A stretch of DNA of 64,000 nucleotides, taken from positions 128,001 through 192,000 of the forward strand of contig OZ243974.1 of the NCBI GenBank assembly GCA_965214775.1, written 5' to 3'. The notes under the pieces were generated by a model. That model had not been told where the DNA came from and ran no database searches. It worked only from the letters and a program-made list of their open reading frames with translations. Below are positions 40,689 through 51,361 of the stretch, in pieces. Within the stretch, counting starts at the first letter, position 1. The number at the start of each line of letters is the position of its first letter. The stretch is from Nitrosopumilus sp. (GTDB taxonomy: Archaea; Thermoproteota; Nitrososphaeria; Nitrososphaerales; Nitrosopumilaceae). The position numbers and the translations under genes were made by a program.

Positions 40689-41483
40689 ATGAGTAATTGG
40701 GATCTCATGATGCCAGGAATGGGACTTACGGCCATAGGCTTGGCCGGATTGACCTTATCTTATGCCGGCTTGGCACACACATTCATCGATGGAATGCATG
40801 CCCTGACCGGTTTGACCATGTTTGTAGGCCTGATCTTCCTGGCGACAGGCATTCTTGATGGAGGGATCTCGACCAGCAACAGGGCAAAGGCTACGGTTTT
40901 GGTAATTTTATCCATCTCACTTGGGTTTGGCATGTTTGCACTGACCTGGAACACGTCAGATTACACAATCACATTGGCAGGAATCCTGATGGCAATTGCA
41001 TTCCCATCAATTATCATTGCATACCTGGCAATGAAGCATCCAACCTTGCTAAAACCGGTTGGTTCAATTGTCGGAATGGCAGGGGCCACCGGAATCATCA
41101 TGTGGTTTGCATTTGGATTTGTCAGTCCTGATCAATACATGATGCCGCAGGCCACCGAAGTTGATGAACCGGCAGAAGAGGAGGTTGCGCCAAAAGGACC
41201 GGTATTTGCAATCGAAATACTAGAAGGTTCTGCAACAAAGGGAAACCCAGACTATGATCCTGATGTTGCAACAGTCTCACAGGGACATGTTATTGAATGG
41301 ACCAATGCAGATTCCGTAATACACACAGCTACAAGTTTTGAAGACCAGGGAGAAACATTTGACACAGGCCTGATGGATGCAGGTGAAGTTTATTCTTTAG
41401 ATACGACTGATATTGCTCCGGGTGAATACGAGTATTTTTGTCTGGTTCACCCATGGATGATTGCAACTCTTAACGTAGAATAG
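40689..41483 (+). CDS. membrane-anchored plastocyanin/cupredoxin protein
   Basis: five TM helices, then WTNADSVIHT..YFCLVHPWM. Confidence 0.88.
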   Translation: MSNWDLMMPGMGLTAIGLAGLTLSYAGLAHTFIDGMHALTGLTMFVGLIFLATGILDGGISTSNRAKATVLVILSISLGFGMFALTWNTSDYTITLAGILMAIAFPSIIIAYLAMKHPTLLKPVGSIVGMAGATGIIMWFAFGFVSPDQYMMPQATEVDEPAEEEVAPKGPVFAIEILEGSATKGNPDYDPDVATVSQGHVIEWTNADSVIHTATSFEDQGETFDTGLMDAGEVYSLDTTDIAPGEYEYFCLVHPWMIATLNVE

Positions 41484-41485
41484 AT

Positions 41486-41878
41486 TTGCAGAAGATATTT
41501 TTACCTCAATCAATTTTAGAAAACCTGAAAAAACATGCTGAAAATGAAAAGCCAAACGAGTCATGTGCCATGCTGTTTGGAAAAGAAAACAGGGTCTCAT
41601 ACACATTTCTAACAGAAAACATGGAAGAATCACCCGTAAAATTCACAATCCCAAACGAACAGCTGATCAAAGGATACAAAATTGCCAAAGAAAAAGGTCT
41701 TGAAATGGTGGGGATCTTTCACTCACATCCGAATTCAGCGGCATTCCCGTCAGACAAAGACAGAAAATTCATGGAGATCAATCCGGTTGCCTGGATAATT
41801 TATTCAGGAATCAACAAGGATTTCAGAGCGTTCGTTTTAGAGCAAGAAATCAAGGAAATAAAGATTTCAAAGGACTAA
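41486..41878 (+). CDS. JAMM/Mov34 metalloprotease
   Basis: PNESCA, FHSHP..PSDKD. Confidence 0.9.
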   Translation: MQKIFLPQSILENLKKHAENEKPNESCAMLFGKENRVSYTFLTENMEESPVKFTIPNEQLIKGYKIAKEKGLEMVGIFHSHPNSAAFPSDKDRKFMEINPVAWIIYSGINKDFRAFVLEQEIKEIKISKD

Positions 41879-42267
41879 CTCCGTAGAACAAAAGTGGCAG
41901 TCTCTCCTTTTGCTTTTTCCAAAATCCGTTTGTCAGGCGAAACGATTTTTCCAACAATATTGACAGGAGAGGCAGGAGTGATTTCACCGGGCTTTCCAAT
42001 CGGAGTTGGGCCATAAAACAAACATACTGCCTTGCCGGTTGGCCAGTATGCAACGTCGTTTAGTTCAACAAGAGATTTTGCATTTTCTTCTGGTTGAGCG
42101 ACAGGAGAACTTGACGAATAGACTTCGCCACCCCATACATGCAGATCCACGGTGAAAGGAAGCTTCTCAACGAATTCCTTTACAGTTTTCGGGGAGTTTG
42201 TATCGTCTAATTCGACGCGAATCGAAGAAGAGGAATCACGTAATTTGATTTCCATGTTGTACTTCAC
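41875..42267 (-). CDS. cyclophilin-like fold protein (DUF369-like)
   Basis: WGGEVY, VAYWPTGKAVCLFYGPTP. Confidence 0.85.
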   Translation of the reverse strand: MKYNMEIKLRDSSSSIRVELDDTNSPKTVKEFVEKLPFTVDLHVWGGEVYSSSSPVAQPEENAKSLVELNDVAYWPTGKAVCLFYGPTPIGKPGEITPASPVNIVGKIVSPDKRILEKAKGETATFVLRS

Positions 42268-42377
42268 AGTTTAATCTCAAAAATACAAGATAAAAATTTT
42301 GAATCTGACTGCTAGTGCCAACTGAAATTGCAGGCACCCTTTCTTTAAAGCAAATGAGGCAAAAGATCCCATGTAAT

Positions 42378-43736
42378 TTGAGTGAGGTTGTAGTTATTGG
42401 GGCAGGAATCGGCGGCTTGTCCACGGGGGCGCTGCTGTCAAACGAGGGCATCTCAGTAAAGATTTTTGAAAAATCATCCAGAGTCGGCGGGCGGACAGCA
42501 TCGATGGTCTATCGAAATCATATTTTGGACAACGGCTTTCACATAATGCCATTTTACAAGACATCTGCAGTTTATCAGGTTCTTGAGAAGATAGGAATTG
42601 CCTCAAAACTCAAACTGGCTCTGGTGGACGACATTTCATTCTTTAAGGACAAAAAATTCTTCAAATACCCAAAGGGAATAGCAGACATTCTAAGGCTGTC
42701 AATAATTCCAGTTTCTAGCAGAATCAAGCTCCTATGCATACTTTTTCCCATGGCTTTCTCATCAATGAAAAAAGCAGAGGAACTAGACGGGAAATCACTT
42801 ACAGAGATTACAGACAGGCTGGACAAAAACACAAAAGCATTCTTTGATGCAGTCTGCATGCTGGCCTTTGCCGATACTCCCGAGCATGTTTCGCTGGGGG
42901 AATTTGTCAGAACGATCATCAGGGCCAATCCATTCAAAGGAGGAACAAGTGAATTTGCATATCCAGAGGAGGGGGGATACGACAAGATATGTCAGAGACT
43001 ATCAGACTTTGTCATCGAGAAGAATAACCAGGTAAAATTGAACTCACCAATCAAAAAAATTCTCATCAATGACGACAACAAAGTCAGGGGGGTCCTAAAC
43101 AGTCAAGGAGAGCTTGTCAAGGCAGACAGCGTTGTTGTCGCATATCCCGCATACATTGCAGTCAAACAGCTTTTTGATGAAGGCGTGTTTGATCAAAAAT
43201 TCTTAAACAAGGTTGAAAAGCTAAACAAGACAACATCCGTAGTTGAAACCCATTTTTGCACATCGGAAAAAATTGACGGCAAGCAGATTGTTTTTCCAAC
43301 GGGTCAAGGTTACACGTCAAAAGGAATCTTTTTCATTTCAAACATGACTGACAAGGTTTCACCTCCAGGAGAGCATCTGCTTATGGCAGGAACCCCCGTC
43401 CCATCAGAACACACAGAAAGCCCAGAAAAAATCAGGGAGATCAGCAGAAAGATGAGAGAGGAGATTGCAGGAATTTATCCAAGCTTTGAGAAATCGCTAT
43501 TGTGGGAGCGTCCAATGGCTTGGAGGCTAGTCGAAGCAGTAGCCAAGGAACCTGGAATGGTATGGAAGCAAAAGATGCCGCATGAGATTGACGGCATCAA
43601 GGGATTGTATTTTGTAGGGGATTCCACCATAAGCTATGGGATTGGCACGGACTCTGCTGCCCACAGCTCATTGCTCTGCCATCCAAAGATAATGAACCAG
43701 CTGACAGCAGGAAAGGAGAACTTTATTTTAAATTAA
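42378..43736 (+). CDS. phytoene-desaturase-like FAD oxidoreductase
   Basis: VIGAGIGGL, EKSSRVGGR, DNGFH, LYFVGDS; TTG start at 42378 preferred. Confidence 0.85.
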   Translation: MSEVVVIGAGIGGLSTGALLSNEGISVKIFEKSSRVGGRTASMVYRNHILDNGFHIMPFYKTSAVYQVLEKIGIASKLKLALVDDISFFKDKKFFKYPKGIADILRLSIIPVSSRIKLLCILFPMAFSSMKKAEELDGKSLTEITDRLDKNTKAFFDAVCMLAFADTPEHVSLGEFVRTIIRANPFKGGTSEFAYPEEGGYDKICQRLSDFVIEKNNQVKLNSPIKKILINDDNKVRGVLNSQGELVKADSVVVAYPAYIAVKQLFDEGVFDQKFLNKVEKLNKTTSVVETHFCTSEKIDGKQIVFPTGQGYTSKGIFFISNMTDKVSPPGEHLLMAGTPVPSEHTESPEKIREISRKMREEIAGIYPSFEKSLLWERPMAWRLVEAVAKEPGMVWKQKMPHEIDGIKGLYFVGDSTISYGIGTDSAAHSSLLCHPKIMNQLTAGKENFILN

Positions 43737-43761
43737 ATATACCCTTTTTCTGATTACAGTC

Positions 43762-44019
43762 ATGGAAATTCACGTATACGACACCTATGTCAAGGCAGCA
43801 GACGGTCATACCATGCACTTTGATGTAATTACCGGTGAAAAAGACCACGACAAAGCCATCTCGTATGGCAAGGAGTGGCTATCATCCATCGGCGAAGGCG
43901 ACGCAGCAATGACTACAAACGAGTGCCAGTTCTGTCACTCGCAAGGCGCGCCAGAGCCTGTAGAGCAGGCAATTAAGGAGAAAGGCTACTTTATCCAAAA
44001 AATGGAAGGCTGTCCTTAA
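43762..44019 (+). CDS. DUF2024-like protein
   Basis: VYDTYV..HTMHFDV..ECQFCHS. Confidence 0.8.
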   Translation: MEIHVYDTYVKAADGHTMHFDVITGEKDHDKAISYGKEWLSSIGEGDAAMTTNECQFCHSQGAPEPVEQAIKEKGYFIQKMEGCP

Positions 44020-44082
44020 AAACACTTTTTTCCTTTTTCATCAAAGGAATTGGTTTTTTTATGGACTGGTGTTTCATATTGC

Positions 44083-44271
44083 ATGGCCGAACACAAATAT
44101 TCAAAATGGACAGTCGAAGGAGATAAAAAAATTGAATGGATATGCGGATGCTTTCAAACCGCAGATGATTTCTTCAAGTTTTGTGAAAAGCATGAAGAGA
44201 CCTTGAAGAAAGCAATCCAGGCCCAGGTTGACGAGCTGGACATGACAGAAATTGTTGAGGAAAAATCCTAG
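44083..44271 (+). CDS. small hypothetical protein
   Basis: ATG at 44083; WICGC..FCEKH metal-binding-like motif. Confidence 0.65.
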   Translation: MAEHKYSKWTVEGDKKIEWICGCFQTADDFFKFCEKHEETLKKAIQAQVDELDMTEIVEEKS

Positions 44272-46307
44272 AGGGCGATGATTGCCACAAATGCAGACAC
44301 AAATACGATTGCAATCGTATTTAGCAGTTTAATCACGGTGTTCAAGGCAGGGCCTGCAGTATCTTTGTAGGGATCACCGATAATATCTCCCACGACTGCA
44401 ACCTTGTGGGCTTCAGAACCCTTCTCTCCTTTCATCTCGACCAGTTTCTTTGCGTTATCCCATGCGCCACCGGTGTTTGCCAGGTGGTATGCAAGCAAGA
44501 TTCCGGTTACAACAGAGCCCATCAACAGGCCTGCCACTGCAGTCGGGCCCAGCAGAATGCCAAGGATGATCGGTGCGATGATTGCCACAAGTGCCGGCTT
44601 GTACAGTTCCTTAATTGATGCGACAGTTGCAATATCCACGCATCGGGCATAATCAGGCTTTGATTTGCCGGTTAGAATTTCGAGATCGGACTTGAATTGC
44701 CGCCTGACCTCGTCTACCATCTTTCCTGCTGCACGGGATACGCCGTTAATCAGTTGGCCGGTAATGATAAAGGGAATCAGCCCCCCAACCAAAAGACCGA
44801 CAATGATTGCCGGATTTGTCAGACTGTAATCCAAATCCAAAACACCCTCAAAAATATGCGCTGCCTCAAATTGGAATGCCTGAATCATTGCCAGTGCTGC
44901 TAGTGCGGCACTTGCAATTGCAAATCCCTTGGTGACGGCTTTGGTGGTATTTCCAACAGCGTCAATTTCATCGGTAACCTTGCGATTTTCCTCGCCCATT
45001 CCAGTCATCTCGACGATTCCGCCTGCATTATCGGCAATCGGACCAAATGCGTCAATACTTAGAACGATTCCTGCAAGACTCAGCATTGCCATGGCAGTCA
45101 GGGAGGTTCCAAAGATTCCATACAGCACCGGATCTGCGCCTTGAGGAGCTGCTGCAGCAGAGATGCTGTACGATATGATGATTGCCACAACCAGTGCAAT
45201 CATAAATGGGCCAGTTGATTGCATTCCCTTGATGATTCCCATCAGAGTCAGGGATGCATAGCCCCATTTTGCAGAGTCTGCAATCTCGTTAACAGGACCG
45301 TGTTTGTAGCTGGTATACCTGTCAGTGATTTTTTGAATCACAGGAACCAGTATTACTCCAATTACGGTTGTTCCAAACAGGGCATATGCCGCCTGGGTCT
45401 GCTCGATGAATTGCGTGATAAAGACATAGTTTAATGCGATTGCGATTCCAGCTGAAACATAAAACGAGCGGTTAAGTGGCTTCATTACGTCTGTAACCCC
45501 CTTGGAACCGACAATCACCACGCCGATGATTGATGCGATCATTCCTGACGATCCAACAAGAATCGGATATAGGAAATAGTCTGGCGCGCCAATAAGTGCT
45601 GCAATCAGCAGTGCTGCCAAAATTGTAACAATGTAGGATTCGTAAACATCAGAGCCCATTCCTGCCGCATCCCCAACGTTATCCCCGACGTTATCGGCAA
45701 TGGTTGCCGGGTTTCTGGGGTCATCTTCAGGAATGTTTGCCTCGACTTTTCCGACCAGGTCTGCACCCATATCTGCAGCCTTTGTGAAGATCCCGCCTCC
45801 AATTCTAATGAACAAGGCAATCAGGCTTGCGCCAATTCCGACACCTGCAATGGTGATCGGGTCTGGAAAAACAATGTACAGTCCAGCAATTGCCATCAAG
45901 GCCATTGCAGGCACTGCAAGACCGACAGTGGCCCCGCCCCTAAAGGCCATGGCAAATGTTTTTCCCAGGCCGTCACTGCTCAGATGTGCAGCTCTGACTG
46001 CCGCTTTGACCGTGATTTTCAGCGAGATGATTCCTGCCACTGCAGACAATGCCGCTCCAACTGCAAATGCAAGACCGTTTGAAGGGGTGAGAAACGCCCC
46101 AATAATTACAGTCAGTGTGATTGCAACAGGCACAATAATCTTCATCTCTCTTTTCAAAAATGCGGCTGCGCCGACTTTGACAGCATTTGAAATATCCCTC
46201 ATCTCTTTTGTTCCAGATGGTTGTTTTGAAATCCAAGCGACCAAACCTCCGGCCACCAAAAATGAGGCAACCCCTGCAACAAATGGCAGAATCTCAGAGA
46301 CTTCCAT
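44268..46307 (-). CDS. hppA: membrane-bound pyrophosphatase, K+-independent H+-pumping type
   Basis: DMGADLVGKVE, DNVGDNVGD; GNTTKA has Lys at the K+-dependence position. Confidence 0.93.
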   Translation of the reverse strand: MEVSEILPFVAGVASFLVAGGLVAWISKQPSGTKEMRDISNAVKVGAAAFLKREMKIIVPVAITLTVIIGAFLTPSNGLAFAVGAALSAVAGIISLKITVKAAVRAAHLSSDGLGKTFAMAFRGGATVGLAVPAMALMAIAGLYIVFPDPITIAGVGIGASLIALFIRIGGGIFTKAADMGADLVGKVEANIPEDDPRNPATIADNVGDNVGDAAGMGSDVYESYIVTILAALLIAALIGAPDYFLYPILVGSSGMIASIIGVVIVGSKGVTDVMKPLNRSFYVSAGIAIALNYVFITQFIEQTQAAYALFGTTVIGVILVPVIQKITDRYTSYKHGPVNEIADSAKWGYASLTLMGIIKGMQSTGPFMIALVVAIIISYSISAAAAPQGADPVLYGIFGTSLTAMAMLSLAGIVLSIDAFGPIADNAGGIVEMTGMGEENRKVTDEIDAVGNTTKAVTKGFAIASAALAALAMIQAFQFEAAHIFEGVLDLDYSLTNPAIIVGLLVGGLIPFIITGQLINGVSRAAGKMVDEVRRQFKSDLEILTGKSKPDYARCVDIATVASIKELYKPALVAIIAPIILGILLGPTAVAGLLMGSVVTGILLAYHLANTGGAWDNAKKLVEMKGEKGSEAHKVAVVGDIIGDPYKDTAGPALNTVIKLLNTIAIVFVSAFVAIIAL

Positions 46308-46342
46308 GTTATATCAGCTTGCCCCAGTCTGGGAAATATAAA

Positions 46343-46720
46343 TCAAATAGAGGGGGCCCTGGATCTTTTTTGATATGGCAAAAATGTTTTGCCTTTCAGT
46401 CCTTGCCTGACAAGTTTGTTGAATCTTTTTCCATGGGCAAGATATGGAAATCTCATGTGGATTAGTTCATGGACAATGGTGTCCTCCAGGGTTTTTTCAT
46501 CTGGGATTTTTCGTACATTTATGAAGACCAGGTTGTGTTGAAGGTAGGAAACCCCGTAGTATTTGTAGGCAGAAGTCCGCCTTCCTTCGGTCATCTCCTT
46601 TGGCGCGTCAAGAACTTCCCTAGTCGTAAGTAAAATTTCAGGTTCCGGAATAGAAAAGCGGTCAGAATAAATTCCGACTTTTTCCAAAATCCGTAATTTA
46701 AGCTCGGGATCTAGTTTCAC
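46343..46720 (-). CDS. HExxH zinc metalloprotease-like protein (YgjP/SprT-like)
   Basis: TIVHELIH..HGKRF. Confidence 0.8.
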   Translation of the reverse strand: MKLDPELKLRILEKVGIYSDRFSIPEPEILLTTREVLDAPKEMTEGRRTSAYKYYGVSYLQHNLVFINVRKIPDEKTLEDTIVHELIHMRFPYLAHGKRFNKLVRQGLKGKTFLPYQKRSRAPSI

Positions 46721-46904
46721 ATATCCATATCTATCAATCTGCGTTTATCTTGAAATGTCAATTCTTGTACAAATTTTGGTTTAAGATGATACAGTAATCA
46801 TTGGAAAATAAAGCGAGTCTTTAACAATCGTTGATTGTACGGCAATCTCAGACACAGTTGGAATTCGATTGTTTTTCAGTTTTATTCTGGCATCATTTTT
46901 CATG

Positions 46905-46995
46905 GTACGAGTTTACCCCTCAGGCGACACTGCTGGCTGGAGCATTCGTGATCACGCCTGTTGTACCGTATCTCATGGGAGGGGTAAATTCATAC
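46905..46995. mobile_element. MITE family A copy 2
   Basis: 9-bp TSD TTTTTCATG at 46896-46904 and 46996-47004. Confidence 0.88.
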
Positions 46996-47078
46996 TTTTT
47001 CATGTGTATGCAATAGGCCTTGTGCATAATCGGTGCAGATCAAGAAAATCAAAAATATTTTACGTCATTTTTGACAGA

Positions 47079-47161
47079 TATAGCAACGAGCAGAAGTCTT
47101 TGAGTCAAAACAGGGCCAGATTGCCCGTGAAAGACATCAATTAATTGTGAGCGTTGCTATA
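47079..47161 (+). mobile_element. MITE family E, divergent subfamily
   Basis: TATAGCAACG..CGTTGCTATA ends. Confidence 0.85.
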
Positions 47162-47462
47162 TCAGCAGTTGAAAATGTACGCTCTGAATTCCAACTCCGA
47201 GATTGCGTCTTTGCCCATTCACAGCTCTGCACGCATGGGATATACATGCCAAGATCCCACGAGACGGCGGCCACAAATAACAGTGACACATTTTCAACTA
47301 CTGAGATATGCACAGAGTCTAATACCTAAAAATCAATTTTGTTGCTTGACTAGCTACAGTCAAACATGGCTTGTTTTGATTCTTCTAACTATGAATTAAC
47401 AGGGTCAGAGGTTTTAGCAGTGCAATCATCAATCATACAGCCACCGTCTCATCACACCCCGA

Positions 47463-47960
47463 TTATTCCATTAGATCCAGCAAGGATTGTGCTTTATTTC
47501 TAATTTCGGGAGTTACCTTGGCTATGACTAGGCCCTCATTTGGCTGACCATACATCACAATTGCGTTTTCTGGAGCATGGATGCATGCTGGAAGCACCAG
47601 AAGATCCTCTTCCCCATTAACTGTCAGTCTTACTGGAAAGGTCATGGAAAATGATTTTTTTATCATCTCAATACTCTGGTTTGTAATTTCTGCAGGAGGG
47701 TTATCCACCGACAACTCAACAGTCTCCAATGTCATCTTTGGATGGATTCTTTTTTTGCGTTTTTCGATGCCATCGACGATTTGCAAGGAAGGAATTAGAT
47801 CAAAATCAATCATTTTTTCAGTTGTTCTGTCTCCAACCGTGATTAGATAGTAATTGCTTCCAAGATGCCCCAAGACAGTTTGCTTGTCGGCATTCTCTTC
47901 AGGAACAAGCGTTCCCAAAGGGATTTTCATTTGTTCTCTTAGCGATTCAGGAAGTCTCAC
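47463..47960 (-). CDS. GTP-dependent dephospho-CoA kinase (DUF359)
   Basis: ITVGD, VDNPP, GEEDLL, YGQPNEG. Confidence 0.88.
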   Translation of the reverse strand: MRLPESLREQMKIPLGTLVPEENADKQTVLGHLGSNYYLITVGDRTTEKMIDFDLIPSLQIVDGIEKRKKRIHPKMTLETVELSVDNPPAEITNQSIEMIKKSFSMTFPVRLTVNGEEDLLVLPACIHAPENAIVMYGQPNEGLVIAKVTPEIRNKAQSLLDLME

Positions 47961-47971
47961 ATAAATCAGAA

Positions 47972-49111
47972 TTAGTTTGAAGTTTGTGTTTCAGGGACAG
48001 TTTCAGGCGTATCTTCTTTTGCAGAGTCATCAGCGGTTCCCTCAGACTCTTTTTCTTGCTGCAATTTTGCTGCAAGAATACTGCATTGTGCGGCAATATT
48101 TTTTGCAGTTGTTCTGAAAGCTTTGGCACTTGGAGAATCAGGATTTGTTATCATGATTGGCTTTCCCAAATCAGAGCCAGACATAATTCCAGAGTTTAGC
48201 GGGATTTCACCCAAGAAGGGCATCTTGAATTGCTCGCTGATTTTCTTTGCGCCGCCATCTCCAAAGATGTAATGCTTATCATCGCAGTTTGGGCAAATAA
48301 AATGACTCATGTTTTCTACGACTCCGATGATTGGAACGTTGAGTTTTTCAAACATTCCAATTGCTTTGACTGCCACGTTGCTTGCAACATCTTGAGGGGT
48401 TGTAACTACAAGAATTCCAGTAATAGGAATTGTTTGTGCAAGCGTTAATGGAATATCTCCCGTACCAGGAGGCAAATCGACTATCAGATAATCAAGATCA
48501 GACCAGTTGGTGTCCACCAAAAATTGTTTTAAGATTCCAGATATGATCGGACCACGGTAAATTGCTGCCTGGTGAGATTGTTCTGCAAAGAATCCAAATG
48601 AGACGACTTTCAGGCCATTTGCATGGGCCGGTTGAAGTTTGTTGTCTTCAACTTCCATGGAACCGTCTTTCATTCCAAGCATTAACGGAATGCTTGGGCC
48701 ATAGATGTCAGCATCAAGCAATCCGACCTTGGCTCCGGTTTGAGACAGTGCCAGTGCCAAGTTTAGTGAAACGGTGGATTTTCCCACACCGCCTTTTCCG
48801 CTTGCAACGCCAATGATGTTCCTTACAGTGGCCATTCCAGTATCCTCGTCTAATGAACGGCCTTCCATTACTTTTGCAGTGACATTCATGTCAAAGCTCT
48901 TCAGTTCAGACAATTGGCCAATAGCTTTTCTAACATCATCCTCGATTTCCACATTGAACGGGCATGCAGGGGTGGTAAGCTCTAAAGTAAACTTCAGGTT
49001 GTTGTCATCAAGTTCCAAGTCTTTGATCATTCCCATGGAGACAATGTCTTGTTTCAGGTCAGGATCAATTACGGTACTGAGCTTTTCTAAAACTTGATCT
49101 ACGCCAACCAT
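47972..49111 (-). CDS. mrp: Mrp/NBP35 Fe-S cluster carrier ATPase
   Basis: TTPACP N-domain, SGKGGVGKST, DADIYGPS, DLPPGTGD; ATG at 49111. Confidence 0.93.
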   Translation of the reverse strand: MVGVDQVLEKLSTVIDPDLKQDIVSMGMIKDLELDDNNLKFTLELTTPACPFNVEIEDDVRKAIGQLSELKSFDMNVTAKVMEGRSLDEDTGMATVRNIIGVASGKGGVGKSTVSLNLALALSQTGAKVGLLDADIYGPSIPLMLGMKDGSMEVEDNKLQPAHANGLKVVSFGFFAEQSHQAAIYRGPIISGILKQFLVDTNWSDLDYLIVDLPPGTGDIPLTLAQTIPITGILVVTTPQDVASNVAVKAIGMFEKLNVPIIGVVENMSHFICPNCDDKHYIFGDGGAKKISEQFKMPFLGEIPLNSGIMSGSDLGKPIMITNPDSPSAKAFRTTAKNIAAQCSILAAKLQQEKESEGTADDSAKEDTPETVPETQTSN

Positions 49112-49161
49112 TGCGTGAAAAAGTCCGCCTGCATTATTTAAAGATAGGTTAGGCACGAATG

Positions 49162-49252
49162 GTGCAAGTTTACCCCTCACTTGAGATATGGCGTGGCAGG
49201 CGTGATCATGAAGACTCCGGCCAGCAGTAACGCCTGAATGGTAAACTCTTGC
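49162..49252. mobile_element. MITE family A copy 3 (inverted, no TSD visible)
   Basis: reverse complement aligns to 4203-4293. Confidence 0.8.
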
Positions 49253-49303
49253 CAAAAAAACATCCAAAGATTCATAAATTGAGATTCAAGAAAAACAGCA
49301 CAG

Positions 49304-49903
49304 TTGTTTTCCATATCTACCCTGGTTGATGTTGTTAGGATCCCCCCAAGCCTGTTTGGAACCACACTCAAAAAGGCAGCAGTAAACATTCTCAAGGAAA
49401 AATACGAGAGCATGATTAATGCAGACCTGGGTTACATCATCATGATTTTAGATGCCAAGGTCGACGAAATGGGAAAAATGGTTGCAGGAGACGGAGGCAC
49501 GTTCCACAAAGTCGAGTTTGAGGCATTGACATTTTATCCAAAGCTGCAAGAAATTGTCCAAGGGGAAATTGTAGACATTACAGACTTTGGCGCATTTGTA
49601 AGAATCGGCCCGACAGATGCGTTACTCCACCTCTCACAGGTCATGGATGACTATCTAAAGAGCGATGTAAAATCCGGAATGATCCTGGCCAGTCAGAGCG
49701 GAAGAACGTTAAAAGTCGGTTCAACACTTCGTGCAAGAATTACTGCAGTTTCACTAGGAAAGGCAGCTGCAATGGGCAAAATCGGAATCACATGCAGACA
49801 GCCGTTCCTTGGGGCAGACGGTTGGATTGCAGAAGAGATTAAGAAAGCAGAAGGAGGCGCCCTCGAAGAGCCGGCCAAGGAAGCAAAAGTAGAGGCAAGT
49901 TAA
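49304..49903 (+). CDS. rpo7: RNA polymerase subunit Rpo7 (E')
   Basis: DVVRIPPSLFG, S1 domain FGAFVRIGPTDALLHLSQ. Confidence 0.94.
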   Translation: MFSISTLVDVVRIPPSLFGTTLKKAAVNILKEKYESMINADLGYIIMILDAKVDEMGKMVAGDGGTFHKVEFEALTFYPKLQEIVQGEIVDITDFGAFVRIGPTDALLHLSQVMDDYLKSDVKSGMILASQSGRTLKVGSTLRARITAVSLGKAAAMGKIGITCRQPFLGADGWIAEEIKKAEGGALEEPAKEAKVEAS

Positions 49904-49904
49904 G

Positions 49905-50093
49905 ATGGCAAGAGAGATGGCATGCAGAAAATGCAAGTTCGTAACAACAGGAAAGGTTTGTCCGGTCTGCAAGTCGGCAGATCTAACGCCTGATTGGAAC
50001 GGAATTGTCCTGGTAGTTGATCCCACAAATTCTGAAATTTCTAGAACGTTAGGCATCACTCAGAAAGGCAAGTATGCAATCAAGGTAACATAA
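49905..50093 (+). CDS. spt4: transcription elongation factor Spt4 (E'')
   Basis: ACRKC..CPVC, GKYAIKV; follows rpo7. Confidence 0.93.
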   Translation: MAREMACRKCKFVTTGKVCPVCKSADLTPDWNGIVLVVDPTNSEISRTLGITQKGKYAIKVT

Positions 50094-50134
50094 AAAAATC
50101 TAAATCCTTAAAATCACAATAGCAATTACTAATT

Positions 50135-50962
50135 ATGTTGTCATCATCATCATTTGATTCCAAAAAACAGTTATCACAGTTTCTATCCGAGGATGTTGGC
50201 AGAGGCGACATTACATCTGCGTTACTTGCAAAGAGAAAAATTTCTGCAAGAATTATTTCCAGAGAAAAGGCGATCATTGCAGGCACGAAATACGCAAAAG
50301 AGATCTTCAAAATCAAGGGATGCAATGCAGTAATTGAAAAAAGAGACGGAGGCAAGATTTTGCCAAACCAGACGGTAATCAGGGTAACAGGCGATGCGGG
50401 AAAGATTCTTGCATGCGAAAGAACGGTTCTCAATTTACTTGCCAGAATGAGCGGAATTGCCACACAGACAGACAAACTCGTAAAAAAAATACCAGGCAAA
50501 ACAAAGCTGTATGCCACAAGAAAGACTGCCCCCGGTTTGCGCTATTTTGACAAAGAGGCAGTCGAGATTGGCGGCGGGCAGAAACACAGGCTGAGGCTAG
50601 ACGAGATGGTGATGATCAAAGACAACCACATTGCCGCAGAAAAATCATTGTCATCATTGATTCAAAAGGCAAAGAAAAAGCACAGAAGATTCGAGGTGGA
50701 GGTCGAAGACGTTTCAGATGCGTTGCTTGCAGCAAAGGAAGGGGCAGCAATCATCATGTTAGACAACTTTACACCCGGCCAAATTGCAGAGGCAATTCAA
50801 GCCTTAAAAGACAACAGGCTAAGAAAAACGGTCCAGCTGGAAGCTTCTGGAGGAATCACGTCAAAAAACATTGCAAAGTATGCAAAGACAGGCGTGGATA
50901 TTATTTCTGTCGGAAGCATTACAAACTCAGTCAAGGGCATCGACTTTAGTCTGGAAGTTTAA
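50135..50962 (+). CDS. nadC: quinolinate phosphoribosyltransferase
   Basis: EDVGRGDITS, ATRKTAPG, IKDNH, MLDN, EASGGI. Confidence 0.95.
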   Translation: MLSSSSFDSKKQLSQFLSEDVGRGDITSALLAKRKISARIISREKAIIAGTKYAKEIFKIKGCNAVIEKRDGGKILPNQTVIRVTGDAGKILACERTVLNLLARMSGIATQTDKLVKKIPGKTKLYATRKTAPGLRYFDKEAVEIGGGQKHRLRLDEMVMIKDNHIAAEKSLSSLIQKAKKKHRRFEVEVEDVSDALLAAKEGAAIIMLDNFTPGQIAEAIQALKDNRLRKTVQLEASGGITSKNIAKYAKTGVDIISVGSITNSVKGIDFSLEV

Positions 50963-51357
50963 GACAGTTCGGACAGCAATTCAGATACGGACTTGTTTTC
51001 AGGGTCCACCTCCTTGATTTTTTCACAGCACTCGACTGCCTTTCTTTTCTCGCTTAGTTTTTGATGAGAGTACGCCTTTAGCAACAGGACATCAACGTCA
51101 TAGGCTCCAATCTCAAGGGCTCTGTCAAAATAAGAGATGGCAGTCTTGTGCTTGTTTTTCAGATAATAGATTCCCCCCATGGTAAACAGCACGTCATGGT
51201 TGTTTGGCACCTTCAGGAGATATTCCGTGCCTGATTTTATTGCCGGGTCATATTTTTTGTCCTTGACGAGTCTTTTGAATTCTTTGAGTTTTTGAGTATT
51301 CTTTTTTTGCTGGGGATCTTTTGGAGATCTGCCAAACAGCCCAGCCAACAGAGTCAC
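50959..51357 (-). CDS. TPR-repeat protein
   Basis: GGIYY..AISYFDRALEI TPR pattern. Confidence 0.8.
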   Translation of the reverse strand: MTLLAGLFGRSPKDPQQKKNTQKLKEFKRLVKDKKYDPAIKSGTEYLLKVPNNHDVLFTMGGIYYLKNKHKTAISYFDRALEIGAYDVDVLLLKAYSHQKLSEKRKAVECCEKIKEVDPENKSVSELLSELS

Positions 51358-51361
51358 ACAG

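Noticed and set aside
45700-46341. Long antisense ORFs over hppA, and likewise over cdc48, the helicase and IS630
   Set aside because: They fully overlap well-supported genes on the opposite strand.
49112-49267. N-terminal extension of Mrp, and similar small ORFs 4228..4431, 46831..47016, 61149..61496
   Set aside because: Translations through MITE A sequence, not a protein family.
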